A stretch of 64,000 nt of DNA from Nemertoderma westbladi (GCA_032718475.1 JAUCBJ010005505.1:665-64664); one strand, 5' to 3'; numbered from the stretch's first letter, positions 11,964-24,470 are shown. Notes: a model not told the origin generated them from the letters alone. Made by a program: numbers and translations.

Positions 11964-12861
11964 TGTTTATAATGGCTTCTTAATTAATTTTGTTAAGCAG
12001 TAGTTGATGTGTAATATAGAATTTAGAAACGAAATAATTCACAATTGTTCACTTACTCGGTTATTTTTTACAATATTCAAATTGGGAATGATTGTTTTGT
12101 AGTTGTAACCATGGCAATTAATGTGTGCATGCATTAATATTAATATAAAAATAATTGGCGATAAACATAGAGTAAAATAATGATCCAATTTTATATTTTT
12201 ATCAATAAGTTCACACCTATACGTTATTAACAAATGTAAGTCCCTACAGTATGTATCATTTTGTAAATGTATAATATTTATGTATCATATTGTAAAATTT
12301 GGTAGGAACTATTATTACATAAAGTAAAAAATATTTTACATATTATTTCCATAAAATCAATATGATATAACAGTAAAATCATCAACAGCAAACAGTTATA
12401 TTGAATTAAAAGATAATAAAATAATGAATCGAGATACAATGGAAATTATTTAAAAATAATGAATTTACGCAAAACGAAAATAAAGCTGATCTTGACGCAC
12501 TTAAATATTAAATTCAAAAGCACTTTCTGGTTGTACAATCTAGAGGTTTATTTATTATATTACAGTATGACTTGAATTACGTAATTTTATTCGAAAAAGG
12601 GAAATATTTAATTAAAAGAAAGACGTTATTTTGGAAAAATTAAAATGTAAATATTAAATTTCATTAAACTCAACCACCAAAAATTATTCTCACAGAAAAG
12701 GCCCTTATAAAGTGATACATTATTTGGCCTATACATCATATTCTATACTATATTTCCATTTCCGAATAAAAAACATAAATGAATTTAAGAAATAATGGTT
12801 ACTTTACTTAGATGGAAATCCCCGAAAAATAATACATGAAACTAAATTAGATCCTAGCCTA

Positions 12862-14574
12862 TTACATATTATGTTTATCAAATAAAAGATTAATAACGAC
12901 ATACAAAGACACACCGCCGCCTACAAATCCAAAAACTATAAGAAAAATATCTTTAACAATAATAAACCAGGACAGTCTACCTTTCATAAGTCGCAGGTGG
13001 AACAAGCCAGGGAGGATAAAAGCGAGCGAAGTGCTGGCTAAAGCACCGCTAAATGCGGTGAAATATGCGAAATCGTCGAAAAACAAAATGGCGACTAACA
13101 GCGTGACAAACACCAGAACAAAACGACATAAGTTACGCTTCCAAGTGGAAACTGTTTGCGGTATAGGTACAGCAAATGTACATAACAAGGATCTATTACT
13201 ACTCCGCAAAGTGCTACACGAATGTAGAAGTTGATTATGTTCGTCCCGACACCCTGAATGTATTAGCGACTCGGAACTACCAATAAGTGACTCAACATCG
13301 CATTTCATTGATTCATCACTATTAGACGACTCGCACGCATCGATTTCCATTAAAGATGGTCCAAATATTGTCCCAGGAGTAAATAACGCTCGCTCTAAAA
13401 TTTCTATGCAAGGGTATAACTGTAATGGATATGTAAAAATAACTGCAATAATTAGTAGACAGATAACCACTTTAACAACGGAAGATTCAATATCTAAGTT
13501 TTGGAGAATAATCTGTTGAACGTGAATTCCATTATCGAGATACCCAAGGATTCCACAAGATGCGAACATTGAAGTTATTATAAATGTTGTGGCGAAGAGA
13601 AATTTGGGAAATCTATGACGGTTTCCTTCCATCGATGTTTCTATAGGAATAACAGTTCCAATACCTTCGTAGGAGCTTGCTACCATCCCAAAAAACATTG
13701 GAAATGTTGCCCAATTAAAAAACTCTAAATCAGTAGCAAACGATAATTCATTAACAAATATAATATCGTTAAGAATTAGACCCAAAACCACCATAAAACC
13801 AGAAACAAGACATAGATTAGCTACAAAGCTTACAGGGCCCATTCCTCTTATATTCCGTATTATTGAGGTTAATATAAATATAGGTAGGGGTATCAAACAC
13901 ATAAGGAATTGATTAGAGGAGACGGAAACATTCACAGAGTTAGTTGTCATCGGGATGAGAGGTGTTGAAGCATCAACATTATATGTTGTGTAAAATGGGA
14001 AGGCTGTTTCATTGGTAGAATTCAATGAGGTGCTAGTGATAGACGAAGCAGACGTTGTGTTACTAAACCGGATTTGTAAAAGAGAAGCTAATTGATTTCC
14101 AATGAATATAAAATAGCCAATACAGAATCCCATTTGCGATATAAAAACGTTTACATTTACTAAGTGACTTCCCCATTTCCCGATAGCGATGGCTCCAATA
14201 TTTCCGTACGATATATTCCTTTCTACTCGGTTAAGTTTTTCTTTGATATCAGAAGGACTCGATGAATCTGATATTTCGTTGCTATAGTTACCCTCTCCGT
14301 ACACAGCAATGCGAACTGCTTCACGTTTGCATTTAACAATCAGCTGACAGCAGTGCACTGCTACTATGGAAACAATTAATAACATTACCGATCCGTTAAC
14401 AAGTCCAGCCTGGTAGAACCCAAAAGGCATAGATAAGTAGTTGGTACCGATAAACGCCTTGAAGACATTGGCAAAGTCCGTACAATTCTTGACAGCAACA
14501 GATAATCTTGAATTTCCTCTTGGCGCAAACTTCCTTGTCCTCGAATTATAAGATATGCTTCCATATTCGTCCAT
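12862..14574 (-). CDS. Amino-acid transporter, Aa_trans (SLC36/PAT, AVT3-like) paralogue 1; intronless CDS
   Basis: 570-aa multi-pass ORF with family motifs FKAFIGTNYLSMPFGF, SYEGIGTVIPIETSM, FTYPLQLYP and LAFILPGLFHL. Confidence 0.92.
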   Translation of the reverse strand: MDEYGSISYNSRTRKFAPRGNSRLSVAVKNCTDFANVFKAFIGTNYLSMPFGFYQAGLVNGSVMLLIVSIVAVHCCQLIVKCKREAVRIAVYGEGNYSNEISDSSSPSDIKEKLNRVERNISYGNIGAIAIGKWGSHLVNVNVFISQMGFCIGYFIFIGNQLASLLQIRFSNTTSASSITSTSLNSTNETAFPFYTTYNVDASTPLIPMTTNSVNVSVSSNQFLMCLIPLPIFILTSIIRNIRGMGPVSFVANLCLVSGFMVVLGLILNDIIFVNELSFATDLEFFNWATFPMFFGMVASSYEGIGTVIPIETSMEGNRHRFPKFLFATTFIITSMFASCGILGYLDNGIHVQQIILQNLDIESSVVKVVICLLIIAVIFTYPLQLYPCIEILERALFTPGTIFGPSLMEIDACESSNSDESMKCDVESLIGSSESLIHSGCRDEHNQLLHSCSTLRSSNRSLLCTFAVPIPQTVSTWKRNLCRFVLVFVTLLVAILFFDDFAYFTAFSGALASTSLAFILPGLFHLRLMKGRLSWFIIVKDIFLIVFGFVGGGVSLYVVINLLFDKHNM

Positions 14575-15474
14575 TATTTATACAAAGTATTGAGTATCTA
14601 TTCTGTCATTGTACTGTGAACTAACTACAAAGCAAAATTCTAAATTCTAAATAAAATAACTGAACCACTTCTATGACATTGTGTTAATAGACATAGGAAA
14701 TATTTTACAACTTTTAATATCAATCATTACACACGAACCAAACCAATATTATTATTATTACACAATATTAGTACATTGTTAAGAAAATTCATTGACATTT
14801 TCATAAGGTACAAATTAATTTAAATATCCCTCTTGACCTTTCGCATTTGGCTTCAGATAATTAACACTTGCCAATAATCACTAACAAAACTGTATAGTTT
14901 AGTTATAGTCGAGTAGGTAGAGTTAGTTAATAACTGCGACAAAATTACCAGGGGTTAGTTTTTCTGCCACATTAATTATTGGTCTTAGAACCTATATCTT
15001 AATTCATATATAGAAATAGGATATTTTTCGTATCACTGGATAATTTCATTTTTTAGAATAACCCTTTATTCCACATAATTAACATTTTAAGCGATTTATA
15101 ACTTACAGTTCCGGAATAAATATAAATTATATTTTTCTATATACACATACATGGTTGGAAGGTGGAACTGAAACGTGGGTTATTATGAGTTAGTTAATTA
15201 GTTTATTAACAGTAGCCATATAATGATAATATACACGGCATAAAATTAAATACAATTATTAGCAACAAATAGTTTACAGTGATAAATTGAACTAAATTAA
15301 TATTACCTTTACACAACAATTTATTTGAGTCAAAAGGGGATTCTATGCTGTCAAAAAACAATGTAATGAATTTGGTACGTAAATCATTTTGTGGCCATTT
15401 CAACAGGGTGTGACTTTATCTAGACACCGGGTTCATTCATTGTGACAAGTACGATAAACACATCAATCCAACAC

Positions 15475-15835
15475 AACACTCCAATCAGACTCTGTACAAC
15501 AACGGCGGTGTTTCATTAATCAACTTTAGCTTGACACTTGAACGGAGCCGCCTCCGCTATGTAGGACATTGCTTTTGCCGTGAGGATCAGCCAGTGCATA
15601 ATTTTGTACTTTGGCGGCCTCATGAAGTGAATAAGCATGGTGGACAGCCAATGGCGTTCTTGAGGCGCATCTAAAAGGAAACTGGCCTTGAAGATGCGGA
15701 TGATCTACAAATGTCATGGGTGATAGGGAGTTGTGGCGGCGCAATATTGTCGACAAGACCGGCCATGACCGGCACAGCATTCTTAATATATATGTAATAT
15801 ATATATAATGCAGCTGCAATGCAGCATGCCGATCA
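15475..15835 (+). mobile_element. RTE-like LINE family A, 3' fragment (plus strand)
   Basis: Homologous to the family A tail (ggacattgcttttgccgtgaggatcagccagtgcataat...gcagctgcaatgcagcatgccg). Confidence 0.85.
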
Positions 15836-16384
15836 TACCAACAGCCATAATTACAATCGCCGTAATACTGGATATATAATATAACAGCTGAACCAGTGTT
15901 AATACGTTAATACGGGTGTAAACCTGCTATAGTAATCACCAGTCAGTAACCTGTAATTCGTTGTATTTCCGGTATTTAGGCAAACTGTATCAGACAACTC
16001 ACACCACATATACCGGTACTTCCTGGAAGAGAAGAAGCCGTGGCGAAGCCTGGATATCCTCCCGGTACAACAGTTTAAATAGAGCATGGGACGGTAAAAA
16101 GGAAATAACGGAACGGTATTGGATATTTTGTGGAATAAAATGAGGTAATACATGAAAAACAATTATGATTTATTATATGGAAAAAAAGTATAGTCATTTT
16201 TACCCTTTGACCTTTAAGATCCATCCAATGTCTATTAAGGAACAAATTCGCAATTTATAGGAAAATAGTTGCCTTTCTTTCACTTCTATCAAGGTAATTG
16301 TAGGAATCAAGCAAACTATTTATTCCTGCAACATCGGTTATCCGCCCAGAAACGGAAAAAACAAGGAACCAACCATCGGGGGTT

Positions 16385-18400
16385 GACTACTACTAACGGC
16401 ATGCTGCATTGCAGCTGCATTATATATATATATATTACATATATATTAAGAATGCTGTGCCGACAGTATAGTCAGTTGCCGGCAACATAGTTGCGCCTCC
16501 ACAACTTCATATCACCCATGACATTTGCTAGATCATCCGCATCTTCAAGGCCAGTGTCCTTTAAGATGCGTCTCAAGAAAGTCATGGGCTGTCCACCATG
16601 CTTATTCACTCCATGAGGCTGCCAAAGTACGAGATTATGCACTGGCTGGTCCTCACGGCGAAAGCAATGTCCTGAAAAGCGGAGGCGGCTTTATTCTAGT
16701 CTCAGGCTTGGGGGAACCAATGAGACACCTCCAATGTTATATAGTGTCTGGTTGGAGATGTGTGCATTGTACTTGACACAGTGAACCCGGCGTAGCATTC
16801 TTGTGAATGTGCCATCCAGAGATTTGGTGTACTCAGCAGTTAGAGCCCAGCATTGACTCCCATGGAGGAGTACTGGAACTACTGCAGCTCTAAATAATCG
16901 GACCTTAAGTTTCCGATTAATTCTCGGTGACTTCCAAATCCTGGAAAGCCTATTCAAGGCTGCCCATGCCTTTCCCTTACGTATTCGAAGGTCCTCATCT
17001 GACTTCCGGATCCATGATCCCAGGTAACAGAAGTCGTCCACATGCTCAAGCATACCATCCTTTGAGCTTATGCTCATCCGGTCAGAGACTTGCTGAGGAC
17101 TTTCAAAGTTAACTGTCAACATTTTGGTCTTTTTGGAGTTAATACAAAGACCAACACTAGAAGCAGCCTGTTCTATTGAGCTGATGAGCCGTTTGGCTCC
17201 CTCTAGTGATTCTGAGAGTACTCCTAAATCATAAGCAAAGTCTAGATCAGTTCGGTACTTGGCAGGATTTCCTAGTCTTCTGGAACCAGTAGGTGGAGTT
17301 ACCATCTCCCCCATCATCATTGTGATGATCTAAGAACATGCGTAGAACATAGTCAACTACAATTATGAACAAGAATGGCGCAAGTGTTTCTCCCTGTAGG
17401 ACTCCCCATAACACTTAAAATTGTTCTGTGTCACCATCAACAGTAGACACAGATGTTGTCGAACCATCTTATACTGATGTCAGCAATACTCCAATTCCAA
17501 ATTTTTTTAAATAAAATTTGAAAAGAAAGTTCCAGCTTTCCGCACGTCATGACCACTGGGACCTGTGTGGGTATATACAGTTGCATAGGCTTCTTCTGTA
17601 ACTGTGTGCCAGTACTTTCGAAAGGGTGAAATCCTGTAAATTTTCTGAATGGTGGTTGACATGCTGTTGTAGACACAAGGAATACTTGAGCAGAGAGACA
17701 GAGGCATTGAAGCCCCCAAGGATAACAAGAAAAGCATGTTGATCTACCTCATCCCTCAGTCGCCATTGGTGTTATCCATCAAAGTGCCAAAATGGGCTCC
17801 ATGGTCCCACGACCTTTACGGAACCCATTCTGATTTCCACGGAGCACTCTCTCAATGGGATCCCTGATGCGATTTAATAGAATTCTATTGTATAGCTTTG
17901 CAGCAATCGAGATCAATGAGATTCCCCCAAAAGAACCATAGAGAGTTAGGTTGCCCTTCTTGGGAAATGGCACCAACATTTTTTGTTTTCATTTCTTGTG
18001 GGACTCTTGTCGTTCTGTACATGTCTAATATGATGGGAGCTTTAAACACTCAGGTATTTGAAAGACCTTAGGGGGAACACCATCTACTCCACTGGCACGA
18101 TTGGTCTTAGTGCTCTTCGCAGCACTCTTCACTTCTGCAAAGGAGATATACAGGAACTGTTTCTGCTAACTTAACTGCTTCTGTGAAGGCAATATAGCCC
18201 TCGCAGTGATCTGCCGCCTCAAAGGCAAGAACCTCATACCTGTAGCTCAGCTGTAGTGTGAAGCTGGATTTCACACATGGGTGTTGCAACAGAGAGGACC
18301 AGTCATGTCGCGGCAAGGCAGATTTCGTTATTCTGCCATTGGGGGTTGAACGCCCTACTTGTTGCAACGACCAGTCTGCCCATTCCATAACCGCTCAACT
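16385..18400 (-). mobile_element. Rearranged, frameshifted RTE-like LINE family A (RT and endonuclease fragments)
   Basis: ORFs 16691-17320 (LEHVDDFCYLGSWI...LDGTFTRMLRRV) and 17779-17979 (VPFPKKGNL...NQNGFRKGR). An endonuclease-like HAFLVILGGFNA lies at about 17700-17765. (TAG)n tail at about 16388. Confidence 0.9.
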
Positions 18401-19012
18401 CAAATGCATTTATATTAAGCAATCGGTTAAAAAAGCAATTTTAAGGAATAATAATTTCTAAGGAATAAAAATATATTTCTTCCCTTATGATCGACCACCT
18501 TTAGTCAGTCCAATTGGCCAATGGACTAAATAACATGATTGGTTAAAAAACTTTATATATTTTCTTATTTCATACCTGCTCCCAGCAATGGGAACTTTGA
18601 ATTCCCATTAAACCCTCAAATTGATTAAACTTAATTGAAAACACATTAATATATTATAAGTCTATATATTCTAAAGTTAAACAAGATTTGTTGACCCTGC
18701 TCCAGAGTTTCACGACCCTCCAAAGCGACACATAGAGAAAACATTATAATATTTTTTACATTTGCATCTGAAACCAAAATTAATTTATTTAAAAATTAGA
18801 GTAAACTGCTCGGTGAACGTGAAACACAAAACAACAGAACCAAGATTAATGAGACACTTTAACTTCCAAGGTTTATATTTGGATGGGCTCACCAGTTATA
18901 AATTAAATACAACATCAGCAGGCACCGTAATATAGATCAATCGCAATAATATTTATTTCTGTTAATATTTTTAAATGTTGAGTTCGCCATTCTTTAATAA
19001 ACCCATTACAGT

Positions 19013-20752
19013 TTATGTATGTTTGTTAATTAGCGATGTGATTACCACGTATAAAGAAACTGTGCCGCCTACAAATCCAAACACTATAAGAAAAATATCC
19101 TTAGCAATAATAAACCAGGACAGTCTACCTTTCATAAGTCGCAGGTGGAACAGGCCAGGGAGGATAAAAGCGAGCGAAGTGCTGGCTAAAGCACCGCTAA
19201 TTGCGGTGAAATATGCGAAATCGTCGAAAAACAAAATGGCGACTCCAAGAGTAACCAGAACGAGAAACCAACGACACACGTTTCGTTTCATCGCTGACAC
19301 CGATTCTGGAATAGGAACCGACATTTCGGAATGAAATGAACTCTGTTTATGAGACGCCACCAAGTCGGTTGCTGGTAATAGTGGTCTCTCTTCACTATCA
19401 CTCGCGGGCAAAGAAGAACTACCAACAAGGAAATCAACATCATGAGTTTCAGTGCTACCTACACCATTCGTACTAGTTCCATTAGGAGCATCAACTTCTG
19501 TTAACAGAGGGCCACATATTTTCCCCGGGGTGAATATCCCTCTTTCCAATATTTCTATACAAGGGAATAATTGTAAGGGATAGGTGAATATAACAGCCAC
19601 AACGAGCAGACAAACAATTACTTTAACAATAAAGGAATCCATATCTAAGTTTTGTAAAACAATTTGTTCAACGTGATTCCCGTAGTCCAAGTAACCAAGA
19701 ATCCCACAAGAAGCGAGGATGACACTAATAATGAAAGTAGTTGCGAATAGAAACAAAGGAAATCTATGACGGTTTCCTTCCATCGATGTCTCTATAGGAA
19801 TAACAGTACCAATACCTTCGTAAGCGCTTGATACCATCCCAAAAAACACCGGGAAAGACGTCCAATTGAATAATACTGGAACTTCTATATGAGAAATACC
19901 TTTAACGAAAATAATATCGTTAAGAATTAAACCCAAAACAACAGCAAAACCAGAAACAAGACATAGATTAGCTACAAAGCTTACAGGGCCCATTCCTCTT
20001 ATATTACGTATTATTGAGGTTAATAGAAATATAGGCAACGGCATTAAACATAGTATCAAATGATTAGGAGCGCTTGGAGTATATACTGTGGGGTCTAAAG
20101 TCGGCATCGCGGAGGAAAATACCGGGGATATAGGGGTTGTGGTGTTACCTGCTGCGTTGAAAAATGGCGTCGTATTCATATTATGTAGAACAGAATATGA
20201 GTCTAATAAGTTGTTAAGACGCGGAGTTGTGTCATTAGTTTTTTTTTCAAATGGAAAAAGAGAAGCTAATTGATTTCCAATGAATATAAAATAGCCAATA
20301 CAGAATCCCATTTGAGATATAAAAAGGTTTACATTTACTAAGTGACTACCCCATTTCCCGATAGCGATGGCTCCAATATTTCCGTAAGATATATTCCTTT
20401 CTACTCGGTTAAGTTTTTCTTTGATATCAGAAGGACTCGATGAATCTGATATTTCGTTGCTATAGTTACCCTCCCCGTACACAGCAATGCGAACTGCTTC
20501 ACGTTTGCATTTAACAATCAGCTGACAGCAGTGCACTGCTACTATGGAAACAATTAATAACATTACCGATCCGTTAACAAGTCCAGCCTGGTAGAACCCA
20601 AAAGGCGTTGATAAGTAGTTGGTACCGATAAACGCCTTGAAGACATTGGCAAAGTCCGTAGCATTCTTTGTGAAGGCGGAGACCCTAACGCGTCTTCTTG
20701 GTCTAAAATCGTTGGATTCCGAGAGATACGACGAAATTCCGTTTTCCTCCAT
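19013..20752 (-). CDS. Amino-acid transporter, Aa_trans (SLC36/PAT, AVT3-like) paralogue 2; intronless CDS
   Basis: First ATG is at 20752 (the ORF track starts at an upstream TTG); 579 aa with the same family motifs as paralogue 1. Confidence 0.92.
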   Translation of the reverse strand: MEENGISSYLSESNDFRPRRRVRVSAFTKNATDFANVFKAFIGTNYLSTPFGFYQAGLVNGSVMLLIVSIVAVHCCQLIVKCKREAVRIAVYGEGNYSNEISDSSSPSDIKEKLNRVERNISYGNIGAIAIGKWGSHLVNVNLFISQMGFCIGYFIFIGNQLASLFPFEKKTNDTTPRLNNLLDSYSVLHNMNTTPFFNAAGNTTTPISPVFSSAMPTLDPTVYTPSAPNHLILCLMPLPIFLLTSIIRNIRGMGPVSFVANLCLVSGFAVVLGLILNDIIFVKGISHIEVPVLFNWTSFPVFFGMVSSAYEGIGTVIPIETSMEGNRHRFPLFLFATTFIISVILASCGILGYLDYGNHVEQIVLQNLDMDSFIVKVIVCLLVVAVIFTYPLQLFPCIEILERGIFTPGKICGPLLTEVDAPNGTSTNGVGSTETHDVDFLVGSSSLPASDSEERPLLPATDLVASHKQSSFHSEMSVPIPESVSAMKRNVCRWFLVLVTLGVAILFFDDFAYFTAISGALASTSLAFILPGLFHLRLMKGRLSWFIIAKDIFLIVFGFVGGTVSLYVVITSLINKHT

Positions 20753-21038
20753 GAAGTCCAACCGGCTCCGTTATTACAGATGAAATGTTCGGCTCAGGAT
20801 TAATTGTTGGTTTATTGCAAGATAAAATCTAATAAGAATGAATACCAAAAAGGTAATACTCTACTCTAGAGTGTGATGTGCAGTATACTAAAATATAATG
20901 TGTACGTTTAGTATAGATATACAGGTTGATATGATTGGTGTGGGCTGGAAGAATGTTAACCAATATTGTATTGTCTTGGGTCATTTCTACCGGCCCAAGA
21001 TTATCCAGTTTTTCAGGCTTCGTTTGTTGTGTTGGTTA

Positions 21039-21219
21039 AGCCCCGTTTTAGACCGCAGCTACGTGCGTCTGTAGCTGCACGTAGCCCTACATTTGTAGCC
21101 AATTCTCAAACAGTCTAGGGGTATCGAATTATCTGTAGTATCTAATTACCGGAAGTGGTACTGTAGCTGCACGTGCAGTTAGGTGCCAGTGCGCGGTCTT
21201 GCAGCTCTAAAATGGAGCT
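21039..21219. mobile_element. Short MITE, PIF/Harbinger-like
   Basis: Imperfect TIRs agccccgttttagac / gctctaaaatggagct, flanked by tta on both sides; internal ctgtagctgcacgt repeats. Confidence 0.5.
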
Positions 21220-21451
21220 TTAGGGATAATACACCCACTGTGAGCTGTTCAATTCCCATTGATAACACTTGTAACCTGATTCTTTCTGTACTTCGTATTG
21301 GTTAGAACATAAACATTTTGGTACAGGTGGACAAATCCAATAGGATTCTAGGGAATAATCAGGGCAGCGAATAAATGCTACTTGTTTAGAATCGCAGGAA
21401 ATGGATACAATTGCATACAATATTGCAATTCCACAACAATTATTGACAGAA

Positions 21452-21542
21452 AAAATCGGACCTTAAGTTTCCGATTAATTCTCGGTGACTTCCAAATCCT
21501 GGAAAGCCTATTCAAGGCTGCCCATGCCCTTCCCTTACGTAT
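21452..21542 (-). mobile_element. Small LINE family A fragment
   Basis: Almost identical to 16895-16984 (IRKGRAWAALNRLSRIWKSPRINRKLKVR). Confidence 0.85.
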
Positions 21543-22867
21543 AAAAATGAACAGGTCACAGTGCGACGTTATTCTAACCAACATAATAAAAAGAAATAAA
21601 AGACAATAGCATCAGGACAGAGTTTAATTTTTTTTTGGAATAAACAGCTGTTATTTGAATCGATTTCCCCGCCGAAGCGGGATTAATTTTGATTGCGTCA
21701 AGAACACCGTCCCCCCCCCCCCCCACCCCGTCTGCCTCGACTCTATAACTATCGGTAGGCCTACTACTCTGTATGTGTACTTCAATTTATGTACCGATAG
21801 TACAGTAACTACTACCGTATGGTAGGAATAATGAAGATTATCTTAAAATAATATTGAAATAAATGGTCTTTAAATAATATTATCAGTCGTTCGATAATGA
21901 ATTCAAAGTTCATATGTGATGTGATATTGGGATATAGATAAAGGAAAAATATAAAACAATGCAAAGTACACGAGTACAGTTACCGGTACCGTTTGTGACG
22001 CAGCGGAAAATTTCAGAGTTTAACAATTTAATTTACACACTGATTACAGATCGGTACTGGAAAGTGTATGGAAAGTTTTTGATCTAAAGTAAACAGTTCA
22101 CCTTCGGCTTGGGTATTGTACGTAATGGAAGGGGAAACAATTTGGCAAAGTTAACATTGAATAGCAACCTGCAATATTGTGTATTTAATTCTACATAATT
22201 CTCAACCATAAGCCATAATAATATGAATATATTGTATTTATTATGTCCATATGTATTAACTATGAGATCATACGTATTGCATTGAGTTTGTATATTTCAT
22301 GTGCTGATGTATTGCATGTGCGGCTGTATTGCATAACGTATGTGTGACTGTATATTATATGTGTGACAATTCAATCGCCAAAATTTAATTTGGCAAAATA
22401 TTAGGTGTTAACCAGTAGTGGGTACTGCTACTTTGTGTTCACTTCACTCTGCCAATCGGTACCATATTTATCATTAGTAGTAAATGTGGTGATATGATAT
22501 GGTTGAATAGATAAATAAACTCGACAGTATGTAGTTGTATCACAATATGCTAAACCCGAGTCAAAATTATGAAAAGGAACCTCTGTCTAATGTAACAAAA
22601 CCTAGCCAAGCTATTCTAACCAGTGCTTTAATGTAACAAAAACTAACCATGTTAATCAGCCTTCTGACTGCCAGACTCACCTGGGTTGAAACATTATTCT
22701 CGATATTCGTTTCAGCGGCACTAATTCTCTGAAAAGCAAAGAAAACTTGTTAATAATAAAATAATGTCAATGAAATGATACAGCGTCTTAATATAAAGAG
22801 TATTACTACAACAGATTGTCATGTAAGAGAATGAAAGGGGCTGACTTGAAACAGATACATGCAGTTT

Positions 22868-23004
22868 ACAGCTCTGCAAAGTCTGCAATGACGTGAAGCG
22901 GGTTCGAACTGATGACCCCCGGGTTGGAAGTCTGACGCTCCAACATAGAGGTCACCAGTTCGATACCACCTGGACGTCATTCATTGCCGACTTTGCAAAG
23001 CTGT
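22868..23004. repeat. Imperfect palindrome of about 137 bp
   Basis: The left arm acagctctgcaaagtctgcaatga...ttcgaactgatgacc...ttgga pairs with the right arm tccaa...ggtcaccagttcga...tcattgccgactttgcaaagctgt. Confidence 0.8.
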
Positions 23005-23299
23005 GCCCAAAAAAAGTTATAATAATATGAAACCACTCATTCACCCAAAACGAAAACACTAAATAAATTATAATAATAGCCGCAATGTCGATACAACGCT
23101 CTTACAACAGTTAGTGGCGGCGCCATTTGAATTGCTAACTTTACAAGGAAATATATTTATTATTTTATTTATATTTTATTATTTATTATATTTATTATTA
23201 CTCATTTATATGAATTCATTTAATTATCATCGCATTGCTGTGTCCCTAAGCAGGATACTTTAGACATTAGTGTTCACGTAAACCAATGGGAACATGGTT

Positions 23300-23447
23300 T
23301 CTGCTGAAGAAAAGGTTGGTTTAAGGAGAGTTCAACATTGGGAGTTAGTGTGGCGCCCTTACTGCCTTATAGGTAACAACGCTGAAGAAAGGGTTGGTTT
23401 AAGGAGAGTTCAACATTGGGAGTTAGTGTGGCGCCCTTACTGCCCTA
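23300..23447. repeat. 78-bp tandem duplication within a SINE fragment
   Basis: gctgaagaaa.ggttggtttaaggagagttcaacattgggagttagtgtggcgcccttactgcc occurs twice. The preceding tgtgtccctaagcaggatactttagacattagt matches the SINE at 24.2 kb. Confidence 0.8.
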
Positions 23448-24199
23448 TATCACTTTACTCTGTAAATTTCGGTTTCAATATTGTAAAATGAATTTAACAA
23501 GTGTCAACCATAAATAATCACAACAGCCGCTCCACAGCTATTCATATCCTTTTCGTCATTTGTTGTTATCGATATAAATGTTTACGTAATAGGATTTCAA
23601 ATCTATAAACACACCCCCCCCCCCCCCCCCCCCCTCATAATTTCTTGATTACTAGAAATCCAGCAAGCTGGCTTTAAACGAACCAGCCCCTCAAACCAGT
23701 ACCCTGAGTGAGTGAAAATGAAAACACGAAAATTGCCATCAACTCAACGATAGAAACACCAGCTGCTGGTACTCATGTGGGCCTAGTAAGCTACTACTAT
23801 TTATTGAATGGATGGCCCAAACTGCAGAGAAGTATATTACTTGCTAAATTTATTACTCTCTCACTCTATCCCAGACAGTAATCAAACATCAACTGTTAGT
23901 TTGTATAATGTGCGCATAAAAGTAACGATATTTGAAAAGATTCTGAGGCTCATATATGTTACTCAAATGACTGAATAGCCCAAATAAAAAAGTTGGTGCC
24001 TACTCGACGAGTGTTGAAATCTGTGAAATTCGACTTTAAAATTTCAAAACCGCAAGTTCAGTGACCCCGTGATTGATGCGCCACAAAAAATATACAGTCT
24101 TGTGCGCAACCAAAATTCATGTAGAGTTTGTTATTCAAATTTTTGCGTACCTGTTTGAGTTTTTGAGATATTGGATAGTTATATATACATATTTTCGCA

Positions 24200-24470
24200 G
24201 TGTCGCAGTGTCCGAGTGGATACGGCGCCTGAACTGCCTACACAATAGTGTTTGGTGGCTCTGGTTCGAATCCGACTAAAGGCTGTAGAAATTTCGCACT
24301 GTTGTGTCCCTAGGAAAGACACTTTAGACATTAGTACCTACGCCAACCCAGCGGTAAAATGGGAACCTGGCTTCGCTGGCCGCTGGAGTAATGCTAATAA
24401 AAGCGCTTTGAGTATGCCGAGCGTAGAAAAGCGCTATATAAATAATCAATATTATTATTAATATTATTTA
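24200..24470 (+). mobile_element. tRNA-derived SINE with an L2-type 3' tail
   Basis: A-box-like tgtccgagtgg and B-box ggttcgaatcc; central tgtgtccctaggaaagacacttta...aacccagcggtaaaatggg; tail aaagcgctatataaat followed by (tat)n. Confidence 0.75.

Noticed and set aside
18975-19334. Plus-strand ORFs overlapping the transporter genes (also 13031-13234 and 20088-20273)
   Set aside because: Antisense shadows of the SLC36-like CDSs.
24200-24290. Possible tRNA genes at A/B-box motifs (also 8590-8670, 26940-27020 and 43420-43495)
   Set aside because: No complete cloverleaf; they continue into SINE body or tail sequence.
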